Of a stretch of 35,876 bases of DNA, positions 35,250 to 35,876 are shown in pieces. A model generated the notes under the pieces. That model worked only from the letters and a program-made list of their open reading frames with translations, did not search any database and was not told the origin of the DNA. Position numbers and translations under genes: made by a program. The first letter of the stretch is position 1. Each line of letters starts with the position of its first letter. Source of the stretch: Octopus bimaculoides (lineage: Eukaryota); contig NC_068981.1 of NCBI RefSeq assembly GCF_001194135.2, positions 49,680,481 through 49,716,356 on the forward strand, read 5' to 3'.

Positions 35250-35770
35250 ATAACGCTTATAATTAGGGGGAGAAATAAATAGGTATAAACATAACTACAT
35301 GTCCGTTCATAAGTACACATGTTATATACCAGTTATTATAATGAAATAATAAGACTAATTGAGAAATAAGCATAATTCTCCATCAGAAATAATAGAATGA
35401 AGCCCATTCATGAAATATGTCATTCATTTTTAAATATATCATAGAACACAATGCAAAATAGCCAATGGGAGGTAATATAAGATTTACCAAAAGTTCTAAA
35501 TTATCATAAGCTAACAGGAGTATATTGTAAGACATAACATGCATTTGATTAGGTAGATCAACTTACATGCAAAATGTAAGTTTATACAAAGCTTATAAAA
35601 AAAGATAAAAGAATAATTTGAATAAATTTAATAAAATAAAATATGAGTTAACCTTAAACCTATTAAAATATCATTATCAATACTTCTGAAAAGATTGATC
35701 TTATAATGGTTTAAATTTTATAGACTAATTGTCTAAAGATTACTGAAACGAAACAGCTGTCAGAGTTGTT
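35250..35770 (+). mobile_element. Probable decayed Penelope-like element 3' region
   Basis: Weak matches YMSVHKYTC / YNEIIRLIEK (post-RT region) and TGVYCK (start of the GIY-YIG region), ending in gaaacagctgtc, the same palindromic hammerhead stem III seen at 18654-18665. Confidence 0.4.
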
Positions 35771-35876
35771 GTCATAATTTATAATTAATGAATAATATTT
35801 TCTTAATTACCTCTCCAGTATCTCCTTATTAGTTATATATATACATACATGCATACATACATGTATATATATATAA

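Overview
AT-rich, microsatellite-saturated eukaryotic genomic DNA from a draft assembly with 12 N-gaps, most flanked by (TA)n, (CA)n or (TACA)n. The SINE families and repeat content resemble those I recall from octopus genomes; this is inference from memory, not a database hit. No complete protein-coding gene is visible, and almost all listed ORFs are translated microsatellites or gaps. The window is mainly a transposon graveyard. It holds about 13 copies or fragments of three short-repeat (SINE) families, a 5'-truncated RTE LINE (16975-18460), a much older RTE-like RT (-, ~27950-29110) and three R4/Dong-type RLE retrotransposon fragments. It also holds an L2/CR1-type 3' end, two decayed mariner transposases, a decayed Gypsy/Ginger-like integrase, Penelope-like remnants and a ~500-bp long-TIR foldback/MITE. 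The best leads are: (i) a mutated minimal type-I hammerhead ribozyme fold at 18619-18672, with a second degraded copy near 35725-35770; (ii) an RTE whose RT looks close to decapod-crustacean RTEs as I remember them, so possible horizontal transfer; (iii) the foldback element; (iv) unexplained coding-like or CpG-rich islands at 23588-23806 and 27172-27625 that may be host-gene exons. I found no convincing evidence for a new multi-gene system.
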